64,000 nucleotides of DNA from Bacteroidaceae bacterium (GTDB taxonomy: Bacteria > Bacteroidota > Bacteroidia > Bacteroidales > Bacteroidaceae). Below, one piece after another: positions 27,634 to 37,795 of this stretch. Positions within the stretch are counted from its first letter, which is position 1, and every line of letters begins with the position of its first letter. The stretch lies in the NCBI GenBank assembly GCA_017464815.1, contig JAFTYI010000005.1:22034-86033 (forward strand), written 5' to 3'. Made by a program: the position numbers and the translations under genes. The notes below the pieces were generated by a model. The model worked only from the letters and a program-made list of their open reading frames with translations, was not told the origin of the DNA and ran no database searches.

Positions 27634-29214
27634 ATGAGAAAACAACTGTTTGCACTTGCGCTGATGGGCACACTGGCCACTGCCCTGCCGGCCCAACAGG
27701 AATGGGGAAAGTGGGAGACTTGGGGAGAACAGGCCGACGGCACATTCCGCAACCCCGTAATACCCTCGGATTATAGCGACTTGGATTGCATCAAAGTGGG
27801 GGAAGACTACTATGCCATCTCCTCCACCATGCAATATTCGCCGGGTATGACGGTGTTGCACTCCACCGACTTGGTGAATTGGGAGATTGTGAGCAATGCC
27901 GTGGCCGACCTCACTCAGATAGGCCCTGCACTGAATTGGGACAGGATGGAGAGATACGGACGCGGTGTGTGGGCAGGCACCATCCGCCACCACAAAGGGC
28001 GTTTCTACGTCTTCTTCGGTGCACCCGATGAGGGGTACTTTATGACCTCGGCCACGAAAGCCGAAGGGCCGTGGGAGCCTCTGACCCCCCTTTTGTTAGA
28101 GAAGGGATGGGACGATTGCACCGCCATCTGGGACGAAAGGGGGCGTGGATATTTCCTCGGCACTTGCTTCAAGGACAACTACAAGACCTACATCTTCCCC
28201 ATGGCCGACGATTGCAAGAGCATCGACTTTGACAAGCGCCGCCTGCTCAACGAAGGCAATCATCGCGAAGCCAGCAAACTTATCAAACACGGGAAATATT
28301 ATTACTTGGTGTTCAGCGAGCACAAGGGCCGCTTGGGACGCTACGTGATGGCCAAGCGCGACAAGAAACTGACGGGCGACTTCAAGGAAGAGCGCCAGCT
28401 GCTACTGCCCTGTCGCGAAGCCAACGAGCCCAACCAAGGGGGCATCATCGAGGGACCCGATGGAAAGTGGTACTTCTTCACCCACCACGGTACGGGCGAT
28501 TGGGGCGGACGCATAGCCAGCCTCCTGCCGGTGGAGTGGACAAGTGACGGATGGCCCATGATGGGCGACCGCACACAAGGCGAACCGGGCACCATGGTGT
28601 GGAGTATGCCTATGCCCAAGGTGGAGCAGAAGAAACTCACCATCGGACGTAGCGATGACTTCGATGACCTGACTCTCGCCCCTTGGTGGCAATGGAACCA
28701 TCAGCCACGAGAGGGGTATTGGTCGCTCACCGAACGCCCGGGATGGATGCGCCTGCGTGCCTATCGTCCGATTGAGGCAAACAAGCTGTTGAAGGCGGGA
28801 AACACACTGACACAACGCGTCTTCCGCACGAAGGAGAGCAAGGTTGTCGTGAAGATGGACCTGCAAGGCATGAGCCATGGCCAGCGGGCAGGAGTCGCCC
28901 ACTTTGCAAGAGAGAGCAGCGCTTTAGGAGTGGTGTGCGAGGGAGACAGCATGTTTATGGAATTCCGCCACAATGACCAATGCCAACGTGGTGCTCTGAT
29001 TGCAGGGCGATACGTCTGGGTAAAGTCTGAATGGTCATTGGATGGAAAATCACATTATTCATATAGTACGGATGGAGACAACTACACACCCTTCGGAACT
29101 TATCAGCTCTCGTGGGGATATTATCGGGGCGACCGCATAGGCATCTACTGCTTCAACGACCTCGCCGACACGGGATACGTGGATGTCGATTATCTGCATT
29201 ATGAAATGAAATAA
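27634..29214 (+). CDS. Glycoside hydrolase family 43 with C-terminal ConA-like domain (beta-xylosidase/arabinofuranosidase-like)
   Basis: FRNPVIPSDYSDLD, HSTDLVNWE, GVWAG, EPNQGG, WQWNH; signal peptide from ATG 27634. Confidence 0.88.
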   Translation: MRKQLFALALMGTLATALPAQQEWGKWETWGEQADGTFRNPVIPSDYSDLDCIKVGEDYYAISSTMQYSPGMTVLHSTDLVNWEIVSNAVADLTQIGPALNWDRMERYGRGVWAGTIRHHKGRFYVFFGAPDEGYFMTSATKAEGPWEPLTPLLLEKGWDDCTAIWDERGRGYFLGTCFKDNYKTYIFPMADDCKSIDFDKRRLLNEGNHREASKLIKHGKYYYLVFSEHKGRLGRYVMAKRDKKLTGDFKEERQLLLPCREANEPNQGGIIEGPDGKWYFFTHHGTGDWGGRIASLLPVEWTSDGWPMMGDRTQGEPGTMVWSMPMPKVEQKKLTIGRSDDFDDLTLAPWWQWNHQPREGYWSLTERPGWMRLRAYRPIEANKLLKAGNTLTQRVFRTKESKVVVKMDLQGMSHGQRAGVAHFARESSALGVVCEGDSMFMEFRHNDQCQRGALIAGRYVWVKSEWSLDGKSHYSYSTDGDNYTPFGTYQLSWGYYRGDRIGIYCFNDLADTGYVDVDYLHYEMK

Positions 29215-29251
29215 GAAAAGAAGAAATCATCAAAAAAAATCAAGAACAGAT

Positions 29252-30844
29252 ATGCACAGAAGGAATTCGTTTGCAAAGGCCGCGGGCATCTTCATCGTGG
29301 CCGCTTCGATGGGGGCTTGCTCATCGGACGTGAAGGTGGAGACAGGGAAGTACAAGCCCGATTGGGAGAGTTTGAAACAATGGGAGTGTCCCGAGTGGTT
29401 CAAGGATGCCAAGTTCGGCATCTGGGCACATTGGGGGCCTCAGTGTCAGGCCGAAACGGGCGACTGGTATGCCCGCCACATGTACTACGAAAGGGATTGG
29501 CAAGGCCAGCACCACCGCCGGGTGTATGGCGACCCCAGCGAATATGGCTTGAAGGAGCTGATTCGCGACTGGAAGGCCGAGGAGTGGGACCCCGACGCAC
29601 TGGTGAAACTCTACAAGAGCGTGGGCGCCCGCTACTTCTTCACCCTGGGACAGCATCACGATAATTTCGACCTTTGGGACAGTCCCTATCAGGAGTGGAA
29701 CTCGGTGAACGTGGGACCTAAGAAGGACATCATCAAGGGATGGGCCGAGGCTTGCAAGAAATATGGCCTCCCGCTGGGCATCAGCATGCACGGAAGCCAC
29801 ACGTGGACGTGGATGGAAGGCTCGCAGGCCTACGACGGAAACCTCACCAAGGCCGATGGCAAGGGTCAATGGTGGGAGGGGCTCGACCCGCAAGAGCTCT
29901 ACGCACAACGCCACGAGCATAGCCAGGGGTGGGAAAACTCGGGCACCATCCATAGCCAATGGAACTGGGGAAACGGGGCGTCGCTGCCCTCGGAGGAATA
30001 CAAGATGAAGTTCCAAAACCGCGTGTTGGAGTGCATCAACAGGTTTCATCCCGACATGCTCTACTTCGACGACACGGTGCTCCCCTTCTACGGGTGCGAC
30101 GACCGGGTGGGCCTGAACATACTCGCCCACTACTACAACACCAGCGCCCGCTTGAACGGAGGCGAACAGAGCGTGGTGCCCATGGGCAAGGTGTTGGAAG
30201 AGGAGCACAAGGAGCTGATGATGTGGGACGTGGAGCGCGGAGTGCCCGACAAGGCGCAGGAGAAATATTGGCAGACGTGTACTTGCCTCGGCTCGTGGCA
30301 CTACGAGCAGGGCGTCTATAACCAAAACCGCTACAAGAGCGCCCAGCAGGTCATCAGCATGTTGGTGGACGTGGTGAGCAAAAACGGCAACCTGCTCCTC
30401 AGTGTCCCCGTCCGCGCCAACGGAACCATCGATGATAAGGAAACAGCCATCCTCGAAGGCATCAAGGAGTGGATGGACGTGAACGGCGCCTCCATCTACG
30501 GCACCCGCCCGTGGAAAACCTTTGGCGAAGGCCCCATGGCCGAGAATAGCAATCCGCTCAAAGCACAGGGCTTCAACGAGAACAACAACTACTCGTCGGC
30601 CGACATACGCTTTGTGCAGAGAAACGACACCGTCTTCACCACCATCATGCGCTGGCCACAGGACAAGGAGGTGACCATCAAGGCATTCGGCACCGCCTCG
30701 CCCCACTATAGCGGAGAGGTGAAGAGCGTCGAACTCTTAGGACACGGCACCCTCGCCTTCACCAACGGAGAGGACGGTCTGAAGGTGACTCTCCCCAAGG
30801 AGCCGACCAACAGGATTGCCCCCGTGCTGGCCGTGACGTTTTGA
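29252..30844 (+). CDS. GH29 alpha-L-fucosidase family lipoprotein
   Basis: PEWFKDAKFGIWAHWG, HHDNF, VSKNGNLLL, IYGTRPW; lipobox MGAC. Confidence 0.92.
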   Translation: MHRRNSFAKAAGIFIVAASMGACSSDVKVETGKYKPDWESLKQWECPEWFKDAKFGIWAHWGPQCQAETGDWYARHMYYERDWQGQHHRRVYGDPSEYGLKELIRDWKAEEWDPDALVKLYKSVGARYFFTLGQHHDNFDLWDSPYQEWNSVNVGPKKDIIKGWAEACKKYGLPLGISMHGSHTWTWMEGSQAYDGNLTKADGKGQWWEGLDPQELYAQRHEHSQGWENSGTIHSQWNWGNGASLPSEEYKMKFQNRVLECINRFHPDMLYFDDTVLPFYGCDDRVGLNILAHYYNTSARLNGGEQSVVPMGKVLEEEHKELMMWDVERGVPDKAQEKYWQTCTCLGSWHYEQGVYNQNRYKSAQQVISMLVDVVSKNGNLLLSVPVRANGTIDDKETAILEGIKEWMDVNGASIYGTRPWKTFGEGPMAENSNPLKAQGFNENNNYSSADIRFVQRNDTVFTTIMRWPQDKEVTIKAFGTASPHYSGEVKSVELLGHGTLAFTNGEDGLKVTLPKEPTNRIAPVLAVTF

Positions 30845-31041
30845 AAAACACACGACCGTTGGTCGCTTCTCCCTCTCTTCCATTCGTGAAAAATGCGTAT
30901 TTACGCAAAAATCACGAATGGAATGGTCTTTCAATACGACAATCTCCGCCCGTTTGCCGCGTTTCTTCGGTTCACGAGCGGAGTTTTTTTTATTCTACTG
31001 CCTGTATCAATGGTGCAACCGGCACAAGATTGCACAAGCGT

Positions 31042-31106
31042 GTCGTTATCCTCCTATCATTTGTCGGGATAAGCCGACGGGAATTGGAGGGAAATAAGTA
31101 CTTTTG
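31042..31106 (+). promoter_or_regulatory. Shared operator plus -7 box, upstream of the mutarotase
   Basis: GTCGttatccTCCTATCAtttGTCGG at 31042; TACTTTTG 31099-31106. Confidence 0.8.
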
Positions 31107-31139
31107 CAGTGTTTTAATAACTAAAAAACTGTTGGAACA

Positions 31140-31514
31140 ATGAAAGGATACACCACCCGACAACACCCCGTGCCCGTGAAGCGCTATTGCCGCACGATGG
31201 ACCTGAAGAACGACCCGGCGCTGATTGCCGAATACGTGAAACGACATAGCGAGGAGGAATCGTGGCCGGAAATCAGAGAAGGCATCCGCCAAGTAGGCAT
31301 CTTGGAAATGGAAATCTACATCCTCGGAAACCGCCTGTTCATGATTGTGGAGACGCCCCTCGACTTTGATTGGGACACCGCCATGAGGCGCCTCGCCACC
31401 CTGCCGCGCCAACAGGAGTGGGAGGACTTCATGGCCATCTTCCAACAATGCAACGAAGGCGACACGGCCGACGAAAAGTGGAAGATGATGGAGAGGATGT
31501 TTTACCTCTACTGA
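31140..31514 (+). CDS. L-rhamnose mutarotase (RhaM/DUF718) family protein
   Basis: DPALIAEYVKRH..WPEI..GILEMEIY..RLFM. Confidence 0.88.
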   Translation: MKGYTTRQHPVPVKRYCRTMDLKNDPALIAEYVKRHSEEESWPEIREGIRQVGILEMEIYILGNRLFMIVETPLDFDWDTAMRRLATLPRQQEWEDFMAIFQQCNEGDTADEKWKMMERMFYLY

Positions 31515-31517
31515 TTA

Positions 31518-33161
31518 TCATTGCTTCACAAACACGAAGTCGTGAAGCTCGCAGATGGATTCTCCCTCGGTGGGTGATGAGAAGAGGAAGAAGAGGGCAT
31601 GTTTCCCCTCGACACCCTTCAGATCACCCAACGGGACGCTACGCTCGGTCAATTCCTGAGGCTGATCGGCACTGATAGAGAAGGAGCCAATCTTGCGTCC
31701 GCCCTTCTTTTCCCACGGGCTATCAAGCATGATGTCGACGACTCCGTCAACGCCCTGTGGCTTGTAGCGGATGTTCATGCTGACCTCCTCACCTGCTTCG
31801 CTGAGGTGGTTGAAGTTGAAGTACTTGTAGCCTACCACAGAGCCGCTCGTGTTGTTCACCACGGGGTTGTGGCTGATGCTGAGGTCATAGGCATCCGACT
31901 CTCCGTCGTAATCGGCATATTGGGGCTGAACGTAGGAACCCGAGAAGATGAAGTTGGGGAACTTGGCCTTCATCCCTTGCGGGCCCGTGTAGTAGCAGGC
32001 AATGCCGGCCGAGTGGCGCTCGAGGGGATTCAGCCCCTCGATGGCAAATCCCTCGGAGGTGTATTCTCCCTCACTGATTTCCACGGTGCCGTCGGGTCCC
32101 TCGGTCACCTTCACTTCGATGGGAGCCACCATGGCTTGGCGCGAATACTCGCTCGTGCCACACTGGCGATGGTAGAAGACATACCACTGCCCCTCAATCT
32201 CGATGATGCTACCGTGGGTGTTGCCCGTGATGGTGGCGGTGTAGATGGTGTCACCCTCGGCATTGGTGTCGCGTCCGCGCCCGTCGATAATGGTGCCTCC
32301 ATAGGTGAAGGGGCCAAGCGGCGAGTTGCTATAGGCGTAGGCCAACGTGTAGTTCGTGTCGTGCAAGCCAAACTCCCCCTTATTCGTCCAACGGCTATAG
32401 ATGAAGACATACTTGTCCTTGATTTTACGCATGGAAGAGGCCTCGAAGAAGCGGAAGATGCCCTCTTGATTCAAGTTCGACACCATGTCCTTCACCGCCT
32501 TTGTGCCAGGTTTCACCGTGGCCATCGTAGCGGGGTCGAGCTCGGCTCCCCACGACTCTTGGAATCCCCAGTAGCCATAGACACGCCCGTCGTCATCGAC
32601 AAACACGGCGGGGTCGAAGCGCAAGTCGCCCACCGTCTCCGTCGGCTTTTCGGGATTCCAATTGCACACCTCAAAGGGACCATCGGGACGGTCGCTCTTG
32701 GCAATCATGCCATTTCGGGGCCCCGACTGGTTGTTGGGATAGAGGTAATAGGTCTTCTTCCCGTCGGCATCGGTCACCAGCGTCACGTCGGGCGCATAGA
32801 GGATGTCGCCAACACCCCCTTCGTTCAAGGGCTTTCCCTCGGCATCCAGTTTGGATTCAAAGATGACACCATCGTAGCGCCACCGGCGCAAGTCGTTCAC
32901 CGGAGCCGACCACACCACCTGCTCGCGTCCGCAATAGGTGGTCTTCAGTGCGTCGTGCGAACCATAGATGTACACGCGCATCTCACCGGGACGGTCAGGG
33001 TCTTCAAACACGTATGGCTCCGCATCGGGGATATACTCCCACAGGGGGAGATAAGGATTCATCGCCGTATGCTCCACACTCATCTGCGGCTGGGCCGCCT
33101 GCTTGCATCCACAAGCCATCAGCGCCAATGTGGCCGCTGACACCAAGAATTTCAGTCTCAT
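31518..33161 (-). CDS. GH43-family lipoprotein with C-terminal CBM-like domain
   Basis: NPYLPLWEYIPDAEPYVF, LYAPD, FDPAVFVDDDG, FFEASS, NTHGSI; -7 box TACATTTG on the minus strand at 33218-33225. Confidence 0.85.
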   Translation of the reverse strand: MRLKFLVSAATLALMACGCKQAAQPQMSVEHTAMNPYLPLWEYIPDAEPYVFEDPDRPGEMRVYIYGSHDALKTTYCGREQVVWSAPVNDLRRWRYDGVIFESKLDAEGKPLNEGGVGDILYAPDVTLVTDADGKKTYYLYPNNQSGPRNGMIAKSDRPDGPFEVCNWNPEKPTETVGDLRFDPAVFVDDDGRVYGYWGFQESWGAELDPATMATVKPGTKAVKDMVSNLNQEGIFRFFEASSMRKIKDKYVFIYSRWTNKGEFGLHDTNYTLAYAYSNSPLGPFTYGGTIIDGRGRDTNAEGDTIYTATITGNTHGSIIEIEGQWYVFYHRQCGTSEYSRQAMVAPIEVKVTEGPDGTVEISEGEYTSEGFAIEGLNPLERHSAGIACYYTGPQGMKAKFPNFIFSGSYVQPQYADYDGESDAYDLSISHNPVVNNTSGSVVGYKYFNFNHLSEAGEEVSMNIRYKPQGVDGVVDIMLDSPWEKKGGRKIGSFSISADQPQELTERSVPLGDLKGVEGKHALFFLFSSPTEGESICELHDFVFVKQ

Positions 33162-33329
33162 AATCAGTTTTTCAATGTGATAGTTCTTTTTTTTTACGTC
33201 ATTTCATAAAGTGCGGACAAATGTAAGGAATAAAATCGAAGCAACAAAGCTTCACCCGAATAAAATGACGATGGGCATCATCATCCTCCCCTCTAGCGAT
33301 GGAATGACATTCAGTTGCAGAAAGAAATC

Positions 33330-33409
33330 ATATGTATAAAATGTTGCATCGCCCGATTTTTATATGTATGATTTGTTGCATGAGAGGGAATCGAACGGTT
33401 CGCAGCACT
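33330..33409. repeat. Dispersed copy of 2275-2354; probable remnant of the 3' end of a deleted regulator paralog
   Basis: 62/63 identity between 33330-33392 and 2275-2337, with weaker similarity for about 17 more bp. Confidence 0.8.
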
Positions 33410-33746
33410 TTGGGAACAACCAAAATAGTCCTTTCCTTCAAAACAAATCTTTATTAAACACCTCAATTATATTTGGGGTTTCACAAAACGAAAAAACAGG
33501 GTACCACCTTATTTGTCAACGTTTTACAAAGCGCACTCCTTCCCTCCGAAAGAATGGAGCAAAATAAAGGAAAGTTTTTTTTAACTATTTATCGTCTTCT
33601 CTTTACATAAAACAATATATATTTGCAACGACAAAGGAATAAGAACTTACAATTATCACACAGCTTTTGTCAGAAAGAAGCTCGCGCTTCACAAAAAAGG
33701 CGAATCGCAACCAACTGGAATTATTAACATTTAACTCGATACTGTT

Positions 33747-35537
33747 ATGAAGAAGTTTTATTTACTCCTCGTGCTCATCAGCGCACCGCTGGTTGTGTTC
33801 AGCCAACTGAGAAGTATGAATCTCAATTGGGAAGGTTCCCGCTATAGTTTTCCCATAAAAATCATCAACGACACGCTATACGCGGCGTCTCCCAACGGAC
33901 TTTACAGGAAAGACTTAAAACAAGACTCCGATTGGGAATTGTTCAAATTCAAAGGGCATCAAATCTTCAATTTCGTTCGTTGCGGAGATGATTGGATTGC
34001 CACAACCATAGGAGAAGAATTCAGAACTGACAGTTTGATTCTGTATTCTGCATCTATGAACAGTGACGAGATTGCAGACATCACCATCCCTAACATCTTA
34101 GGGAAAGTCTGGTATGTCACCTTGTCACAATCTCCCACGAACCCCAAACATCTGATGGTGGAGGCACCTTATATCGGCGCCATTTATCAATCTATGGATT
34201 TTGGTTCAAACTGGACAAAGTTAAGTGATTTCTTTATTGGAAATACAAGTATAAAAGCTCTTGAATCCGACCCGTCTGTCACATTCTTCTACGGGATGGA
34301 CAGGTTTGGGGATGGTTTTCTCATGAGGAGTGAAGATGCAGGTAAAACGTATAGTATGATTCTATCTTTCAATGCTTATTCTATCGGTAATATAATTACA
34401 AGCAGTACCAACGACCAGTTGGTGATGTATACTATGCATGGTCATATCGGACGTTCAACGGACAAGGGAGTAACGTGGGAAAAAATCATTCCCCCAGGAG
34501 CAGACATTCCATTTCGTGAATTTGGTTTTTCCGATATACAAGAAGACTGCAATGATTCTAAAACTTTTTACGCATCAGGACATTTGTGGGGAGAAAGGGA
34601 TTCCATTTACATTTTCCGATCAAAAGACGAAGGGCTTACATGGGAACTCGCATGGAAAGAATACTTGCAAGGAGTTGATATCGGAGTCTACAGAATGGAG
34701 ATGTACGGCGATGAACTGATACTTCTGACAGATAGCGGGCTTTACAGCCTCAACACCCGGAAAAACAAGAGCGCCATCCAATCTTTTGTCAATGAATCCA
34801 AAGTGTGGCATTGCAAAAAGTGGAAGCAGGCATTCTCGGGACAAGAAGACAGATACTACTACTTCCAAGGTGACACGGTGATAAATGGCATCTCGGCAAA
34901 GAAGATGTATCTGAAGTTCAGCAAGGAAAGCGACAAGGGAAACTATGAGGTCGCACTGTACGAAGACGGCCAAAAGGTGTACGGTTGCTATCCCGGAGAA
35001 AAAGGATTCTCGTTGTTTTATGACTTTGGCGCCAAGAAGGGAGAAGAGGTGACCACCGCCTATGGGACCTACATCGTGGAAGATGTGAAAGAGATTGTGG
35101 TGGAAGGCGAAACGTTGCGCGTGCTGCATCTGTTGCAGGATTTTGTCCATGAGAAATATCAGTTCACATGGGTAGAAGGAGTTGGAGGCGAATCAGCGCC
35201 ATACGACTCAGGGGCCCGATTACCAGGTGGATACGAATATTTCAGCGATTGTGAGATTGACGGGAAAATCTTCTTGGAGGCGGAAGACATTCCTAATCAC
35301 ATTACCCCTATACAGAAGGACAACGTCCGCATCTCTTCTGTAGGCTCTTCCCTCCTCTGCACCTCCCCCGATGCTGTGAAGCTGGAGGTCTACACCATGG
35401 ATGCCGTGAAGGTGGGCGAAGCTGCTTTTGCTAACGGTGAAGCCACGGTGAAGGTCGGCAATGCTCCTGCCACCTACCTCTACATCGTGACCTATCCCGA
35501 CGGACGGCGCGAGAGTGGGAAGGTGATGGTGAAATAA
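33747..35537 (+). CDS. Secreted BNR/Asp-box beta-propeller protein with a second domain and a T9SS-CTD-like tail
   Basis: Signal peptide; SxDxGxTW repeats; GDTVING/FYDFG/WVEGVG domain; C-terminal YLYIV..SGKVMVK; -7 box 33618-33625. Confidence 0.7.
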   Translation: MKKFYLLLVLISAPLVVFSQLRSMNLNWEGSRYSFPIKIINDTLYAASPNGLYRKDLKQDSDWELFKFKGHQIFNFVRCGDDWIATTIGEEFRTDSLILYSASMNSDEIADITIPNILGKVWYVTLSQSPTNPKHLMVEAPYIGAIYQSMDFGSNWTKLSDFFIGNTSIKALESDPSVTFFYGMDRFGDGFLMRSEDAGKTYSMILSFNAYSIGNIITSSTNDQLVMYTMHGHIGRSTDKGVTWEKIIPPGADIPFREFGFSDIQEDCNDSKTFYASGHLWGERDSIYIFRSKDEGLTWELAWKEYLQGVDIGVYRMEMYGDELILLTDSGLYSLNTRKNKSAIQSFVNESKVWHCKKWKQAFSGQEDRYYYFQGDTVINGISAKKMYLKFSKESDKGNYEVALYEDGQKVYGCYPGEKGFSLFYDFGAKKGEEVTTAYGTYIVEDVKEIVVEGETLRVLHLLQDFVHEKYQFTWVEGVGGESAPYDSGARLPGGYEYFSDCEIDGKIFLEAEDIPNHITPIQKDNVRISSVGSSLLCTSPDAVKLEVYTMDAVKVGEAAFANGEATVKVGNAPATYLYIVTYPDGRRESGKVMVK

Positions 35538-35561
35538 AAATTCCCCTTTTCACGCAACAAG

Positions 35562-35763
35562 TTATGCCTTTCTCGCTAACGAGGAAGGCATAAGCATCAG
35601 CATCTGTGATGCAATAAACGACTCGCAATCAATTATAAAAAGCGCATTACAGATGATACTCCGTCCATCCTCATTTCGAAATGAGGATGGACGGGGAATT
35701 TCAGGTTCAATGTTCAACAAAAGCAACAAAGAGGTGCACATCCAACGATGTGTACCTCTTGTT
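35562..35763. terminator. Three hairpins between convergent genes, including a perfect 34-bp palindrome
   Basis: Stems at 35562-35593, 35661-35694 (CCGTCCATCCTCATTTCGAAATGAGGATGGACGG) and about 35725-35763. Confidence 0.65.
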
Positions 35764-35784
35764 ACATAATATCACCGAGAACTA

Positions 35785-36648
35785 TTACAACCCCGCAATC
35801 TCTTCTGCTGACAGACCGGTGGATTTGATGATGGTTCCCGTATCGACACCACAATTCTTTAAGTTACGGGCTACAGCGTAAATTCCTTCTGCACGACCTT
35901 CTGCACGACCTTCCGCACGACCTTCCGCACGTTCGGTTGTAATGTTGTCGCGAAGGATGATGACATTATCAAGGTGGCGGTAATAAGCCCGCTGCTCTTC
36001 TTGGGAGAGGGAGGCGATATCCAAAATTCCACGAGCCTCTGCCAAGCCGGGAGCATCGGCATCATCAGGGATTTCGCCCGTATTGAGGAAGTATATCCAC
36101 TGTTCAAGAGGAACCTTTGACCACTTGTTGAAGTCATTCACGCGAAGGATATAGTACTCGGGATAGAGCTGGCTGACGGTTTCCACTTGAAACTTCTCGC
36201 GTTGGAAAGGAGAGAGTTGCAGAATATCGTGATCGTGTATTCCGCGGAACTCAGTGGTACCGTGGTAAACGGTATCCTTGCCGGCACCCAAGGCAAAATA
36301 GACTATGTTGATGCTGTATATCTTACGGATATTCTCGTAGCCCTGGCCACGGCGGATGTACTCTGTCACCAGCTTAGAGACACCGAATAGCATACGCTGG
36401 AAGTAGGCATATTCATTATTGTTCTGTATTTCGAACAGAATCAGTCGCCCCTTGCTGTCCTCGGCAAGGATGTCCACGCGATTATATTTATCGTATTCCT
36501 CCTCTTGATTGCTCTCGCTCTCCAACATGCGCCGGATAGTGATTTTCTCATTCAGAAGCGAAGTCAACAATCCCTCTATTACGCCAAAGTTGGCTTTGTC
36601 GCGCAACAGGCGCTTCATCGCCCAATCAAATCGGATGTAATTTGCCAT
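35785..36648 (-). CDS. Rpn-family PD-(D/E)XK nuclease (recombination-promoting nuclease/putative transposase)
   Basis: IRFDWAMKRLL, NRVDIL, FEIQ, YFQRMLFG; C-terminal EGRA repeats and TGLSAEEI. Confidence 0.92.
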   Translation of the reverse strand: MANYIRFDWAMKRLLRDKANFGVIEGLLTSLLNEKITIRRMLESESNQEEEYDKYNRVDILAEDSKGRLILFEIQNNNEYAYFQRMLFGVSKLVTEYIRRGQGYENIRKIYSINIVYFALGAGKDTVYHGTTEFRGIHDHDILQLSPFQREKFQVETVSQLYPEYYILRVNDFNKWSKVPLEQWIYFLNTGEIPDDADAPGLAEARGILDIASLSQEEQRAYYRHLDNVIILRDNITTERAEGRAEGRAEGRAEGIYAVARNLKNCGVDTGTIIKSTGLSAEEIAGL

Positions 36649-36754
36649 AACTTCCACTATTTTAGTTTATCTGCCGCAAAAATAGCATTTAATTCTGAAT
36701 ACCGCAATTATTTCACAAAATTTATGGGACAAAGGCTCTGCATCGGCATCGCGC

Positions 36755-36819
36755 CTCGTTATTATCCTATCATTTGTCGGAATAGGACTATTCAATAAGG
36801 GAGGAAAAGCGTACTTTTG
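36755..36819 (+). promoter_or_regulatory. Shared operator plus -7 box, upstream of the aldo/keto reductase
   Basis: cTCGttattaTCCTATCAtttGTCGG at 36755; TACTTTTG 36812-36819. Confidence 0.8.
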
Positions 36820-36844
36820 CCCATAAAAATTAAAAGAAAGAAAC

Positions 36845-37780
36845 ATGTTAGCATATCATGAACTTGGAAAAACGGGGATGAAGATTTCATCGCTCAGTTT
36901 TGGGGCCTCGTCGCTGGGAGGCGTGTTTCACGGTTTGAAAGAGGAAGAGGGCATCGAGGCGGTGCACACGGCCATTGATGCCGGTATCAATTTTATAGAC
37001 GTGTCGCCCTACTATGGGCACTACAAGGCGGAAACGGTGCTTGGCAAGGCTCTTAGGGAGATACGGCGCGACCGCTATTACCTCTCGACCAAGGTGGGGC
37101 GCTATGGCAAGGATGGGGTGAACACGTGGGACTACAGTGCCCGACGGGCTACGGAGAGTGTCTACGAGAGCATGGAGCGCCTGAACGTGGAGTATATCGA
37201 CCTCATCAATGTGCACGACATTGAGTTTGCCGACCTCCATCAGGTGGTGGAGGAGACGTTGCCTGCCCTGGTGGAGCTGCGCGACAAGGGCGTGGTGGGA
37301 CACGTGGGCATCACAGACCTGCAACTGGAGAACTTGCAATGGGTGGTGGAGCACTCACCCGAGGGGACGGTGGAGACGGTGCTGAACTTCTGCCACCATT
37401 GCCTGTGCGACGACAAGTTGCTTGACTATCTGGGCTTCTTCGAAGAGCGCGGCATCGGCGTCATCAACGCGTCGCCCCTCTCGATGGGATTGTTGAGCGA
37501 ACGCGGTGTGCCTGCGTGGCACCCGGCTCCCACCCCGCTGGTGGAGGCTTGCCGACGCGCCATGGAGCATTGCAAGCAAAAGGGATACCCCATCGAACGG
37601 CTGGCCATGCAATATGCCGTGAGCAATCCGCGCATCGCCTCGACCCTGTTCAGCACCACCAATCCGCAAAACGTGCTGAAGAATGTGGCGTATGCCCAAG
37701 AGAGCGTGGACGAAGAGTTGCTTCACGAAGTGCGCCAGATTATCGGCGGACAGATGAGGGTAAGTTGGAAGAATTCGTAA
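36845..37780 (+). CDS. Aldo/keto reductase, probable L-galactose (L-fucose) dehydrogenase
   Basis: FGASSLGGVF, GINFIDVSPYYG, STKVGRYG, VHDIEF, INASPLSMGLL, which resemble L-galactose dehydrogenases. Confidence 0.82.
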   Translation: MLAYHELGKTGMKISSLSFGASSLGGVFHGLKEEEGIEAVHTAIDAGINFIDVSPYYGHYKAETVLGKALREIRRDRYYLSTKVGRYGKDGVNTWDYSARRATESVYESMERLNVEYIDLINVHDIEFADLHQVVEETLPALVELRDKGVVGHVGITDLQLENLQWVVEHSPEGTVETVLNFCHHCLCDDKLLDYLGFFEERGIGVINASPLSMGLLSERGVPAWHPAPTPLVEACRRAMEHCKQKGYPIERLAMQYAVSNPRIASTLFSTTNPQNVLKNVAYAQESVDEELLHEVRQIIGGQMRVSWKNS

Positions 37781-37795
37781 ATTGGCAACAAGGGA

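Noticed and set aside
30841-31143. 100-aa ORF between GH29 and the mutarotase, and similar small ORFs in intergenic repeats (45120-45492, 33364-33567, 4728-5091)
   Set aside because: They overlap operator, promoter or repeat DNA and show no coding signature
33226-33290. Sixth copy of the sugar operator upstream of the minus-strand GH43
   Set aside because: Only a weak GCCCATC match at 51 bp spacing and no paired GTCG repeats
35785-36000. Internal small antitoxin gene within the Rpn gene (gene-within-gene model)
   Set aside because: No in-frame ATG upstream of the EGRA repeats; the nearby ATG is out of frame. A non-canonical start cannot be excluded, but nothing supports it
35785-36648. Rpn gene as an IS element
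   Set aside because: No terminal inverted repeats or target duplication; the family's transposase label is not evidence of transposition
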